In this document: in pieces, positions 48,262 to 57,704 of the stretch
Numbering within the stretch: position 1 is the stretch's first letter
Layout: each line of letters starts with the position of its first letter
From: Prevotella sp. CAG:1185
GTDB taxonomy: Bacteria; Bacteroidota; Bacteroidia; Bacteroidales; Bacteroidaceae
Assembly: GCA_000436695.1 (NCBI GenBank)
Contig: HF992598.1
Coordinates: 6,715 to 70,714 of the forward strand
Length of the DNA: 64,000 nucleotides
Reading direction: 5' to 3'
Translations under genes and position numbers: made by a program
The notes under the pieces: generated by a model
Told to the model about the DNA's origin: nothing
Database searches by the model: none
What the model saw: the letters and a program-made list of their open reading frames with translations, nothing else

Positions 48262-49176
48262 TCATGAGTTTCTCAAAAAAGCCTCCTTATAAATACTTTT
48301 TATCCGTTCACGTAAAGATTTAGGTTTAATCACTTCAACTGAACGGCTGCGAGATAGTAGCTCCATTATAAAATCATTTGTTATTCGAAGACGTAATGAT
48401 ATACGAAACTCGACATCGTTATCTGTTATTATCCGCTGTGAATGATGAATCGGAGCAGACTTTATAAAACAACCATCCAATGCATCATATCTCAATTCTA
48501 CATCTTCTACAGGAATATTGACGTCATTCCAAATGCCATAACAATCTTTAAATAATTCTACAACATTAATATCTAAATTACGCACAAACGATTCGTTCCT
48601 AATCACCTGAAGACTTCTTATTCTATCTATACCGAAAGTTTTCATTTTATTACCATCAAAAGCGAGAAGATACCAACGTTGATTAGATTCTTTTAAATAA
48701 TGCGGATATACATGATATCTGTTAATTCTATTACCATTTCGATAATCCACATAAGAAAAATCTACTGGATTAGTATTCTTTATAGCCTCAACCAAAGATA
48801 TAAGCCATTTACTATATAATGGCCTATGATGTTCAGCAAGCACAAATGATGATAAGTTTGTATCTTTTTCGATAGAATTAATTAAATCAAAATTCATCAT
48901 AAGTTCACTTACACGCTCCTCATATGAACCTACGTTCTCTTCAATATAATATCCTTGTTGAGAACGATCAAACTTAATATAGATACCAAAAAGTTCACCT
49001 ATATCACAAATGTCTCTCTCAATAGTTCTATTGCTTATCGAATTATATCCATAATAACCAGTCATTTTGTCATTAACATAATTAACTAGTTCCGTCTTAG
49101 GAATGTATTTCCTTATTTGCCTTAATTTATTCAATATAAGCAACATTCTCCTTATACCTTCAACTTGCTTACTCAT
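48262..49176 (-). CDS. Island gene 1: WYL-domain transcriptional regulator (HTH-WYL-WCX architecture, BrxR/CapW-like)
   Basis: N-terminal wHTH (RRMLLILNKLRQIRKYIPKTELVNYV), a WYL core (NQRWYLLAFDGNKMKTFGIDRIRSL), and a C-terminal extension domain. Confidence 0.85.
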   Translation of the reverse strand: MSKQVEGIRRMLLILNKLRQIRKYIPKTELVNYVNDKMTGYYGYNSISNRTIERDICDIGELFGIYIKFDRSQQGYYIEENVGSYEERVSELMMNFDLINSIEKDTNLSSFVLAEHHRPLYSKWLISLVEAIKNTNPVDFSYVDYRNGNRINRYHVYPHYLKESNQRWYLLAFDGNKMKTFGIDRIRSLQVIRNESFVRNLDINVVELFKDCYGIWNDVNIPVEDVELRYDALDGCFIKSAPIHHSQRIITDNDVEFRISLRLRITNDFIMELLSRSRSVEVIKPKSLRERIKSIYKEAFLRNS

Positions 49177-49197
49177 AATTAATTTATTTTGACATCA

Positions 49198-49205
49198 CAA
49201 AAATA
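49198..49205 (-). promoter_or_regulatory. -7 box TATTTTTG upstream of the WYL regulator gene
   Basis: Plus-strand caaaaata is TATTTTTG on the minus strand, 22 nt upstream of the ATG at 49176. Confidence 0.4.
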
Positions 49206-49208
49206 AGA

Positions 49209-49239
49209 CATCTCAGCGACAATAGATGTCGTTGAGATG
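49209..49239. promoter_or_regulatory. 13-bp inverted repeat abutting the WYL gene promoter (operator candidate and/or terminator of the upstream gene)
   Basis: catctcagcgaca (49209-21) / tgtcgttgagatg (49227-39), with 1 mismatch and a 5-nt loop. An A8 run sits on one side and T-rich sequence on the other. Confidence 0.5.
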
Positions 49240-49316
49240 CAAAAAAAATAATTTTCTAATAAAATCCGTCAAAATAAACAACAATATAAAAATAAGATAA
49301 TACAAAAAATAAGTTA

Positions 49317-50000
49317 TCATTTTTCTTTTATAAATGTCTTAAAATCCTTGCATATCTTTAAAAACAGCATAGGCTCTGAAGCTATTGTATCCCAAAGCCG
49401 CTTGCCGCCGCTGAGAACGTGCTTGTCCACATAGTCGACAAGCTCGGGGTTGGTCTTTTTATAACGTATACGCATGGCATTAAGACTTATTACGTTGCCC
49501 GTCATAAACGGCACTACCACACTGTCGCCTGAAAGACATATTCCATAGATAGTAGAAATGTTCATCTTGCCCAACTGCATGTTTTGAGAGTCTACCCCAT
49601 TCCACCAGTATATCTTGCCGACTTCATTTTCACATTCTACATACACAAACTGCCTTACAGCCCTCTTAGGCTTAAGCAACGAAGGATTGGCTACTATATG
49701 CGATTCAAGATGGTCGTATTTTCCATCGGCTGACGTTTTCTTCACAAAGTCGATACTTTTAACATTATCAGCATTATACGAAACGGCATTGTTGCCGTCG
49801 GGACCTGGCGACAAGGTAAACGAAGTGTTCATGCGCTTAAACAGTTTGCCGTCAACCCAATAAGTCTGAACATATCCGTCAACAGTGCTTCCGTCGGTAA
49901 GTGTCAGGCGCACATGATCATTCTCCGGATCACGTTTTTCCTGTGCCAAGGCACAAGCCGAAACGACAATGAATATTATCAGAAAAAACAGTTTGTTCAT
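49317..50000 (-). CDS. Hypothetical exported protein (227 aa)
   Basis: Signal peptide MNKLFFLIIFIVVSACALAQ. Composition is normal, unlike the island. No family recognised. Confidence 0.65.
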   Translation of the reverse strand: MNKLFFLIIFIVVSACALAQEKRDPENDHVRLTLTDGSTVDGYVQTYWVDGKLFKRMNTSFTLSPGPDGNNAVSYNADNVKSIDFVKKTSADGKYDHLESHIVANPSLLKPKRAVRQFVYVECENEVGKIYWWNGVDSQNMQLGKMNISTIYGICLSGDSVVVPFMTGNVISLNAMRIRYKKTNPELVDYVDKHVLSGGKRLWDTIASEPMLFLKICKDFKTFIKEK

Positions 50001-50011
50001 CAGAAAAATCT

Positions 50012-50914
50012 TTACCAGTTCAACAAAATGCCGGCAGAAAGCAGCAGGCCATAAATAAACATATTTCGGGCAGTGTCGCCAAGAACCATATTGAGAGCCT
50101 TACCTTTGTTAATACGCACCATCTTGCGGTAAGCAGCATAATGAGGTATGAGATAAAGCACCGGAAGGGCAAAAGCAAAGATGTGTCCCTCAAAGGCAAA
50201 CAGCAGGCCAATGACAACAGCCATTACGCCCGAATATAAATAGGCAGTCCGGCCGGCATCGGCTCCAACCCTTACTACGAGAGTCTTTTTACCCGCCTTG
50301 ATATCATTGTCGATGTCACGATAATTGTTAATCAGCAGCAAGGTGTCTATGACAAAGCCACAGGCAATTGAAGCGGCAAACACTTCAATGGTAAAATGTT
50401 CGGTCTGAAGATAATATGTAACGCACACCGGAACGATACCGAAGAACACCAAAACCAAAACATCGCCAAGGCCGAGATAGGATAATGTCGTAGTGTAAAG
50501 GAAACAGAAGAGCACGCAGAACACGCCTACAAGAATCATTTCGAGACCGCCATACAGCACGAGAGGCAAGCCTATGCAACAGGCAATAGCCGTGGTTATT
50601 ATTATTGCACGGCGCATGGCCCCCGGCGATATCCAGCCTTGCGCACATGCCCGGCGCGGCCCTAGCCTTGTCTCGTCGTCATTGCCTCTGACAAAGTCGA
50701 AATAATCATTTATGAAATTAGCGTCAATCTGCATCACGAATGCAAACAACATGCAAAGCAATGCCGGCAGCCATCCAAAATCACTAGCTCCAAGATCTCT
50801 TCCGGCAAAAGCCAGACCTATCATAACAGGAACAGCTGCACCTGTAAGGGTCTTAGGGCGCGAAGCCAGCAGCCACGCCTTTGCCGAGTTTAACCTTATT
50901 TGTTTTTCGTCCAT
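50012..50914 (-). CDS. menA: 1,4-dihydroxy-2-naphthoate polyprenyltransferase (UbiA family)
   Basis: NFINDYFDFVRGNDD Asp-rich motif and a polytopic membrane profile. The start is taken at MDEKQIRL. Confidence 0.88.
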   Translation of the reverse strand: MDEKQIRLNSAKAWLLASRPKTLTGAAVPVMIGLAFAGRDLGASDFGWLPALLCMLFAFVMQIDANFINDYFDFVRGNDDETRLGPRRACAQGWISPGAMRRAIIITTAIACCIGLPLVLYGGLEMILVGVFCVLFCFLYTTTLSYLGLGDVLVLVFFGIVPVCVTYYLQTEHFTIEVFAASIACGFVIDTLLLINNYRDIDNDIKAGKKTLVVRVGADAGRTAYLYSGVMAVVIGLLFAFEGHIFAFALPVLYLIPHYAAYRKMVRINKGKALNMVLGDTARNMFIYGLLLSAGILLNW

Positions 50915-51152
50915 ATAGCTCTTCTTTAAATTATGACAACTACGCAATCCGGCGACAGAACGTCATTAATTATTATGTCTGAAACAACCCGGCTCAGCAC
51001 CATACACACTGCATCAGCCGGTAAAACACACTGCATATTGCATGCACATGGCACACCACAACGGCAAAGCCCTTATATGCCCACGATACACATTTTTCAC
51101 GCAGCCGCCCACTTCAAAGGGCGAATCACTTGCAAAAGTAAACATTAAATCG

Positions 51153-51160
51153 TATATTTG
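51153..51160 (+). promoter_or_regulatory. -7 box TATATTTG upstream of the HD-domain gene
   Basis: Exact TAnnTTTG match 10 nt upstream of the ATG at 51171, which argues against the ORF-track start at 51042. Confidence 0.5.
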
Positions 51161-51170
51161 CAAGAAATTA

Positions 51171-51827
51171 ATGATTCTTAAAGCTATGATAGACAAGAAT
51201 GTAAGTCTGGACCTTATGGCCTTTATCGAAACGGACATACTGCCGCGTTATGCCGCATTTGACAAAGCCCACAATCTGACTCATGTCACACGCGTGATAA
51301 ACCGCTCGATAAAACTGGCACAAAAAATCGGGGCCGACGTTAACATGGCCTATGCCACAGCAGCGTATCACGACCTCGGACTAGAAGGGCCAAGGGCAAT
51401 ACACCATATTACCAGCGGAAAAATTCTGTCTGCCGACTTACGGCTGCGCAAATGGTTCTCTGATGAACAAATCAAGATAATGAAAGAAGCTGTTGAAGAC
51501 CACAGGGCTTCGGCATCGCATGCGCCACGAAGCATTTACGGCAAAATAGTGGCTGAAGCCGACCGTGACCTTGAACCTGAAACCGTGTTCAGAAGGATTA
51601 TTGAATATGGAACCGACCATTATCCTGAAAAGAGCAAAGAAGAACACTGGAAACGATTTTGCGAACATCTGGAAAACAAGTACTCTACACACGGATATAT
51701 CAAATTGTGGATACCTGGATCAGAAAACGAAAAGAGTCTTAAACAAATTAGAGATCTGATCATTCAGCCGGCAAAGCTAAAAGAAATTTTCGACAGACTC
51801 TATAAAGAGGAGACCGGAGATAAATAA
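51171..51827 (+). CDS. HD-domain phosphohydrolase
   Basis: HNLTHVTRV...AAYHDLG (H...HD motif). The start is taken at MILKAMIDKN. Confidence 0.8.
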   Translation: MILKAMIDKNVSLDLMAFIETDILPRYAAFDKAHNLTHVTRVINRSIKLAQKIGADVNMAYATAAYHDLGLEGPRAIHHITSGKILSADLRLRKWFSDEQIKIMKEAVEDHRASASHAPRSIYGKIVAEADRDLEPETVFRRIIEYGTDHYPEKSKEEHWKRFCEHLENKYSTHGYIKLWIPGSENEKSLKQIRDLIIQPAKLKEIFDRLYKEETGDK

Positions 51828-51882
51828 GAAAATGATATAAAGACGGGACATACAAGCTGGCATACAACTGAAAAATAATAAC

Positions 51883-52569
51883 ATGAAGACATTAATACTT
51901 ATTGTGTCAATGCTGATTTCTGCATCATGCATCAACGCTCAGACAGCTGACACGCTGCGCCATGAGGTGCTGCTCGAAACAACCAAAGGCAACATACGCA
52001 TAGCACTGTACAACGAAACGCCGCAGCATCGTGACAATTTCATCAAGCTGGTAAAAGAAGGATTCTACGACGGTCTGCTCTTTCATCGTGTAATCGACAG
52101 GTTTATGATACAGACCGGCGACAGTGCAAGCCGACATGCCGCACCGGGACAAATGCTCGGCGACTCGCCCGAAAGCTATAAGATTCCGGCAGAAATAAGA
52201 TATCCGGCTCTGTTCCATAAACGCGGAGCCGTGGCTGCTGCACGCGAAAGCGACAACGTAAACCCGGACAGAGAGTCGTCAGCATCGCAGTTTTATATAG
52301 TATATGGCAGGCGTTTTAACGACAGCATGCTTGACGACGTACAGCTGAGACTCGACAAAAATACCGGAGGCGCGGTTAAATTGACACCTGAAATAAGGGA
52401 AGCATATAAACGGTTTGGCGGAACTCCCCATCTTGACGGCCAATATACGGTTTTCGGTGAAGTGACAGAAGGCATAGACACTGTTGAAAATATTGAATGG
52501 GCTGAAACAGACAAGAACGACAGGCCTGTTGAAGATATAAGGATTATACGCGCGACAGTGATAAAATAG
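51883..52569 (+). CDS. Exported cyclophilin-type peptidyl-prolyl isomerase
   Basis: Signal peptide, then FHRVIDRFMIQTGD and SQFYIV, the cyclophilin signatures. Confidence 0.9.
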   Translation: MKTLILIVSMLISASCINAQTADTLRHEVLLETTKGNIRIALYNETPQHRDNFIKLVKEGFYDGLLFHRVIDRFMIQTGDSASRHAAPGQMLGDSPESYKIPAEIRYPALFHKRGAVAAARESDNVNPDRESSASQFYIVYGRRFNDSMLDDVQLRLDKNTGGAVKLTPEIREAYKRFGGTPHLDGQYTVFGEVTEGIDTVENIEWAETDKNDRPVEDIRIIRATVIK

Positions 52570-52807
52570 CGTATAATCAACCGGAAAAATTTTCATGTTA
52601 CGCCTTTAAAGTTTACACTTAACGTAAACTGAACCATACAGGCACGGATGTGCAAAATGTAAGCATATGCGCCACAAAGCCTCTCAAAACGTAAATATCG
52701 GAAATACACTTTCGGGGATATAAAACAGCAGCCGGATAACATAAGTATGGCATCTGATAACACATAAAACGACAGAAAAAGAAGCTGAATATGAAGATTT
52801 GACAACC

Positions 52808-52914
52808 AAAAAGCGGCACGTTTATGCTTAAAAGGCCATCTTTTGACACACAAAAGGACGTAATTCATAATGCAAAAGGGCACCTTTTACAATGCGAAAG
52901 GTGGCCTTTTGCAT
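52808..52914. repeat. Array of five tandem ~22-nt mini-palindrome units (family B)
   Basis: The units are aaaagcggcacgtttatgc, ttaaaaggccatcttttgacacac, aaaaggacgtaattcataatgc, aaaagggcaccttttacaatgc and gaaaggtggccttttgcat. Each has an AAAAG(G)-N3-5-(C)CTTTT hairpin core. Confidence 0.65.
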
Positions 52915-53192
52915 TTTTGTTTTACCGTTTTTATTGCACATTATCTTTGATTTTGCTCTATAACATTAAGCTACAGAGAATTACGCCTGCGCACCTCAAA
53001 CTGCAATATTTACGCACAAATAATTTTATTTTCTGAAAAACGCAGTATAGAAACGTCAAGAAAAATCAGAAAGACAGCAAAAGGCCACAAATATAATCCA
53101 TAAGAAACAATAAGAAAAAAGACGACATCACCTATTTAAGATATTTTTGGGATATTCTTCAAAATTACGTCCCTATATTCCAAAATTCTTTG

Positions 53193-53200
53193 TATTTTTG
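53193..53200 (+). promoter_or_regulatory. -7 box TATTTTTG upstream of lysS
   Basis: Exact TAnnTTTG match about 150 nt upstream of the ATG at 53352. Confidence 0.45.
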
Positions 53201-53351
53201 CACAAGCCAAACAACAGCTTTTCAGACAAAAGCCTTTTGTCTGCATTAAGTCTGTGTTGTTTACCGTATGAAAAGTCTGCTCTGCAGACAGACACATCAG
53301 TCACTGTAAGCGAAAAGACTTTGCATTCATCAAAAAAGAACAATTCTAAGT

Positions 53352-55094
53352 ATGAACGTTTTAGAACTAAGTGAACAGGAAATTGGCAGACGCCAAAGTC
53401 TTCAAGAGCTGCGCGATATGGGAATAGACCCATATCCTGCCGCCGAGTATCCAACAAATGCTTTCTCGACAGACATAAAAGCGGAATTCAAAGACGAAGA
53501 GCCGCACAGAGAAGTATGCATAGCAGGCCGCATGATGAGCCGCCGCGTAATGGGTAAAGCATCTTTCGCCGAGATTAAAGACTCTAAAGGAAGAATTCAA
53601 GTTTACATCACACGCGACGACATTTGCCCTGGCGAGGACAAAGACATGTATAATAAAGTTTTCAAAAGACTGCTCGACATCGGAGATTTCATCGGTGTAA
53701 AAGGCTTCGTGTTCAGAACCCAGACAGGCGAAATAAGCGTACACGCACAGAGCCTTACGCTGCTGTCAAAGAGCCTCAAGCCGCTACCTATCGTAAAATA
53801 TAAGGACGGAGTTGCCTACGATAAGTTTGAAGATCCCGAGTTGCGTTATCGTCAGCGCTATGTTGACCTTGTGGTAAACGACGGCGTGAAAGAAACATTC
53901 TTGAAGCGTGCAACAGTGCTGAGAACTCTGCGCAAGGTTCTCGACGACGCAGGCTATACCGAGGTTGAGACACCTATACTGCAGTCTATCCCCGGAGGTG
54001 CATCTGCACGCCCGTTCATAACTCATTTCAACGCCCTTAACATTGACATGTATATGCGTATCGCCACAGAGCTTTATCTGAAACGACTCATCGTCGGCGG
54101 TTTCGAGGGAGTTTACGAACTTGGAAAGAACTTCCGCAACGAAGGCATGGACCGCACGCACAACCCTGAATTTACATGTATGGAGCTGTATGTTCAGTAT
54201 AAGGACTACAACTGGATGATGTCTTTCACCGAACAGCTGCTCGAAAAGATATGTATCGCTGTCAACGGAAAACCAGAAAGCGAGATTAACGGCAACGTTA
54301 TCAGCTTCAAGGCTCCGTATCGCCGTCTGCCTATTCTTGATGCAATCAAAGAAAAGACCGGCTACGACCTCAACGGCATGGACGAAGAGCAGATACGTGA
54401 GGTTTGCAAAAAGCTGAACATGGAAATAGACGACACCATGGGTAAGGGCAAACTTATCGACGAGATATTCGGCGAGTTCTGCGAGGGCACTTTCATACAG
54501 CCTACATTCATCATCGACTATCCTGTAGAGATGTCACCGCTGACAAAGATGCATCGCAGCAAACCTGGACTGACAGAGCGCTTTGAGCTTATGGTAAACG
54601 GTAAGGAGCTTGCCAACGCCTACTCTGAGCTTAACGACCCGATTGACCAGGAGGAGCGTTTCAAGGAGCAGATGAGACTTGCCGACAAGGGCGACGACGA
54701 AGCTATGATTATCGATCAGGACTTCTTGCGCGCACTACAGTACGGTATGCCTCCTACAAGTGGTATCGGTATAGGTATCGACCGTCTTGTTATGCTCATG
54801 ACAGGCGAAGTATCTATACAGGAAGTTCTCTTCTTCCCTCAGATGCGCCCGGAGAAGAAAGCGCCCAAGAGTAGCGTTGCCGAGTGGAAGGCTATCGGAG
54901 TGCCCGAAGAATGGGTTCCGGTATTCAACAAGTGCGGCTACAATCTTGTATCAGATATCAAAGAAGTTAATCCGCAGAAATTGCAGATGGATGTTTGCGG
55001 AATTAACAAGAAATACAAACTCGGCTACGAGAATCCTAAAGTAGACGAATTTGCAAAATGGATTGAGAACGCAAACAACTCTGAAAACGAATAA
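53352..55094 (+). CDS. lysS: Lysine--tRNA ligase (class II) with a C-terminal extension of about 80 aa
   Basis: OB-fold anticodon domain plus a class II core ([15 protein letters not shown]...[14 protein letters not shown]). About 80 additional residues follow the core. Confidence 0.95.
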   Translation: MNVLELSEQEIGRRQSLQELRDMGIDPYPAAEYPTNAFSTDIKAEFKDEEPHREVCIAGRMMSRRVMGKASFAEIKDSKGRIQVYITRDDICPGEDKDMYNKVFKRLLDIGDFIGVKGFVFRTQTGEISVHAQSLTLLSKSLKPLPIVKYKDGVAYDKFEDPELRYRQRYVDLVVNDGVKETFLKRATVLRTLRKVLDDAGYTEVETPILQSIPGGASARPFITHFNALNIDMYMRIATELYLKRLIVGGFEGVYELGKNFRNEGMDRTHNPEFTCMELYVQYKDYNWMMSFTEQLLEKICIAVNGKPESEINGNVISFKAPYRRLPILDAIKEKTGYDLNGMDEEQIREVCKKLNMEIDDTMGKGKLIDEIFGEFCEGTFIQPTFIIDYPVEMSPLTKMHRSKPGLTERFELMVNGKELANAYSELNDPIDQEERFKEQMRLADKGDDEAMIIDQDFLRALQYGMPPTSGIGIGIDRLVMLMTGEVSIQEVLFFPQMRPEKKAPKSSVAEWKAIGVPEEWVPVFNKCGYNLVSDIKEVNPQKLQMDVCGINKKYKLGYENPKVDEFAKWIENANNSENE

Positions 55095-55204
55095 GTCATT
55101 AAGCGGTGGCACACCAGCGGAACACAATTTCTGCCGGCGTGTCACCGCAATGCCTATAGGCATTTAACGCATGGATTAATAATAACGAATCATAAATCTA
55201 TAAG

Positions 55205-56200
55205 ATGTACGATTGCGGAAGAATAGCAGTTATTGGCGGCGGAAGCTGGGCTACCGCCATTGCCAAAATTGTGGTGGGGCACACACATCATATCGGATGG
55301 TATATGCGCCGTGACGACCGCATTGAAGACTTCAAAAGGCTCGGACACAATCCGGCATATCTCACAAGCGTTCATTTCAATATTGACGAGATTGGATTTT
55401 CAAGCGACATCAATAAAATAGTGCAGGCTTACGACACCCTGATATTTGTAACTCCCTCGCCATACTTAAAGAACCATCTGAAAAAACTTAAGACAAGGAT
55501 AAAAGACAAATTCGTTATCACAGCCATAAAGGGAATCGTGCCTGATGAAAATCTTGTTTGTTCTGAATATTTCCATCAGGTATATGACGTTCCTTACGAA
55601 AATCTTGCATGTCTGGGAGGTCCGTCACATGCTGAAGAAGTGGCTCTTGAACGACTTTCATACCTCACTGTAGGCTGCAGCGACCGCGAAAAAGCACTTG
55701 CTTTCTCTGAAATTTTAGCAAGTGACTATATCAAGACAAAAATAAGCAGCGACGTTATTGGAATAGAATATTCATCTGTTCTGAAAAATGTATATGCCAT
55801 TGCAGCCGGAGTTTGTAGCGGACTGAAATATGGAGACAACTTTCAGTCGGTGCTGATGTCAAATGCCGTTCAGGAGATGTCGCGCTTTCTTAAGACTATC
55901 CATCCCATTGACCGTAACATAACCGACTCGGTTTATTTGGGCGACTTGCTCGTAACCGGATACTCAAACTTTTCAAGAAACCGGACTTTCGGCACAATGA
56001 TCGGCAAAGGATACAGCATAAAGAGTGCCCAGATTGAAATGGAAATGATAGCAGAAGGCTATTTCGGAACTAAATGCATGAAAGAAATTAACCGTCACTG
56101 CCACGTAAACATGCCTATCCTTGACGCCGTTTACAACATTCTTTATGAACGCATATCACCACAAATTGAAATAAAACTTTTAACTGATTCATTCAGATAA
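55205..56200 (+). CDS. gpsA: NAD(P)H-dependent glycerol-3-phosphate dehydrogenase
   Basis: IAVIGGGSWATAIAK Rossmann motif, and the GLKYGDNF...NRTFG region. Confidence 0.92.
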   Translation: MYDCGRIAVIGGGSWATAIAKIVVGHTHHIGWYMRRDDRIEDFKRLGHNPAYLTSVHFNIDEIGFSSDINKIVQAYDTLIFVTPSPYLKNHLKKLKTRIKDKFVITAIKGIVPDENLVCSEYFHQVYDVPYENLACLGGPSHAEEVALERLSYLTVGCSDREKALAFSEILASDYIKTKISSDVIGIEYSSVLKNVYAIAAGVCSGLKYGDNFQSVLMSNAVQEMSRFLKTIHPIDRNITDSVYLGDLLVTGYSNFSRNRTFGTMIGKGYSIKSAQIEMEMIAEGYFGTKCMKEINRHCHVNMPILDAVYNILYERISPQIEIKLLTDSFR

Positions 56201-56226
56201 AGATCATAAAATCTATATAAACAACA

Positions 56227-57585
56227 ATGGAAAATATTAAATTAGATGTATCCAAAGCCGTTCAATTCCTAAAGGAAAGAACAGTTGAGAACTATGAAGT
56301 TAAAGTAAAGGAAGCTCAAGAGGCACTTGAAAACGGAACTTGTCCTGGTAACGACTTCTTGGGTTGGCTGCACTTGCCATCATCAATAACACCTGAATTC
56401 CTTAAAGAGATACAGGACTGCGCTAACACTCTGCGCGAAAACTGTGAGGCTATCGTTGTTGCAGGTATCGGCGGAAGTTATCTTGGCGCACGTGCCGTTA
56501 TTGAGGCTTTGAGCAACTCTTTCGCATGGCTAGTTAACGACAAGAGCAATCCTACAATTCTGTTTGCAGGAAACAACATTGGCGAAGACTATCTGTATGA
56601 GCTTACTGAGTATCTTAAAGACAAGAAATTCGGTGTCATCAACATATCTAAATCAGGAACAACAACTGAAACAGCCCTCACATTCAGACTGCTGAAGAAA
56701 CAATGCGAAGAGCAAAGAGGCAAAGAGGAGGCTAAAAAAGTCATCGTTGCTGTTACTGATGCAAAGAAAGGTGCCGCAAGAGCTGCTGCAGACAAAGAAG
56801 GATACAAGACATTTGTTATTCCCGACAACGTTGGCGGACGTTTCTCTGTACTCACTCCGGTAGGTCTTCTGCCTATCGCTTGCGCTGGATTTGACATTAC
56901 AAAACTTGTTGAAGGTGCTGCTGACATGGAAAAAGCCTGCGGTAAAGACGTTGCCTACAACGAGAATCCAGCTGCCATCTATGCTGCTGTCCGTAACGGA
57001 CTCTACAGCCAGGCCGGCAAGAAGATTGAGATAATGGTCAACTATCAGCCGAAACTTCACTTTATCAGCGAATGGTGGAAACAGCTATTCGGTGAGAGCG
57101 AAGGCAAGGACAACAAGGGTATATTCCCTGCTTCTTGTGACTTCACAACTGACCTTCACTCAATGGGACAGTGGATTCAGCAGGGCGAGCGCTCAATCTA
57201 TGAAACTGTAATCAGCATTGAGGAGCCTGCTAAGAAACTTCTCTTCCCTAACGACGAGGAAAACCTTGACGGTCTGAACTTCCTCGCAGGCAAGCGTGTT
57301 GACGAAGTAAACAAGATGGCTGAACTCGGAACTCGCCTGGCTCACGTAGACGGCGGAGTGCCAAACATCAGAATATCTGTCCCCGTATTGAACGAATATT
57401 ATATCGGACAGCTTATCTACTTCTTTGAGAAAGCTTGCGGAATAAGCGGCAACATCTTAGGTGTTAATCCGTTTAACCAGCCGGGAGTTGAGGCATACAA
57501 GAAGAATATGTTTGCACTGCTCGACAAACCTGGTTACGAGGAAGACAGCAAGGCTATCAAAGAGCGTCTGGCAAAAGAGAAATAA
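56227..57585 (+). CDS. pgi: Glucose-6-phosphate isomerase (short bacterial type)
   Basis: [30 protein letters not shown] and QLFGESEGK motifs. Confidence 0.93.
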   Translation: MENIKLDVSKAVQFLKERTVENYEVKVKEAQEALENGTCPGNDFLGWLHLPSSITPEFLKEIQDCANTLRENCEAIVVAGIGGSYLGARAVIEALSNSFAWLVNDKSNPTILFAGNNIGEDYLYELTEYLKDKKFGVINISKSGTTTETALTFRLLKKQCEEQRGKEEAKKVIVAVTDAKKGAARAAADKEGYKTFVIPDNVGGRFSVLTPVGLLPIACAGFDITKLVEGAADMEKACGKDVAYNENPAAIYAAVRNGLYSQAGKKIEIMVNYQPKLHFISEWWKQLFGESEGKDNKGIFPASCDFTTDLHSMGQWIQQGERSIYETVISIEEPAKKLLFPNDEENLDGLNFLAGKRVDEVNKMAELGTRLAHVDGGVPNIRISVPVLNEYYIGQLIYFFEKACGISGNILGVNPFNQPGVEAYKKNMFALLDKPGYEEDSKAIKERLAKEK

Positions 57586-57704
57586 TAAATCTCTATAAGC
57601 CATGAAAATCTCATGGCAAAAATGAAAAGCCGCAAGCAACTGGCATAATAGACAATAAAGGAAGTATACAGCATGGCTTGCGGCGTCATACAATGTGACT
57701 GACT

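Noticed and set aside
48048-48323. 91-aa plus-strand ORF in the island spacer
   Set aside because: It is on the strand opposite to all island genes and runs antisense into the 3' end of the WYL gene. It has no promoter box and uses a GTG-free weak context. The spacer is better treated as non-coding; see the finding.
46180-49240. Retron, toxin-antitoxin type III, or integrated mobile element interpretation of the island
   Set aside because: There is no reverse transcriptase, no tandem RNA repeats in the spacer, and no integrase, transposase, tRNA attachment site or flanking direct repeats that I could find.
52808-52914. CRISPR array interpretation of the tandem 22-nt units (also 61523-61631)
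   Set aside because: The units are contiguous with no unique spacers, are degenerate rather than identical, and are far shorter than CRISPR repeat-spacer periods. No cas genes are present in the window.
52593-53036. ORFs of 96, 76 and 70 aa (52593..52883 -, 52619..52849 -, 52824..53036 +) in the intergenic region
   Set aside because: They are read straight through the family-B repeat array. The peptides (for example KGHLLQCERWPFAFLF) are translations of the palindromic units, a recurrent annotation artefact.
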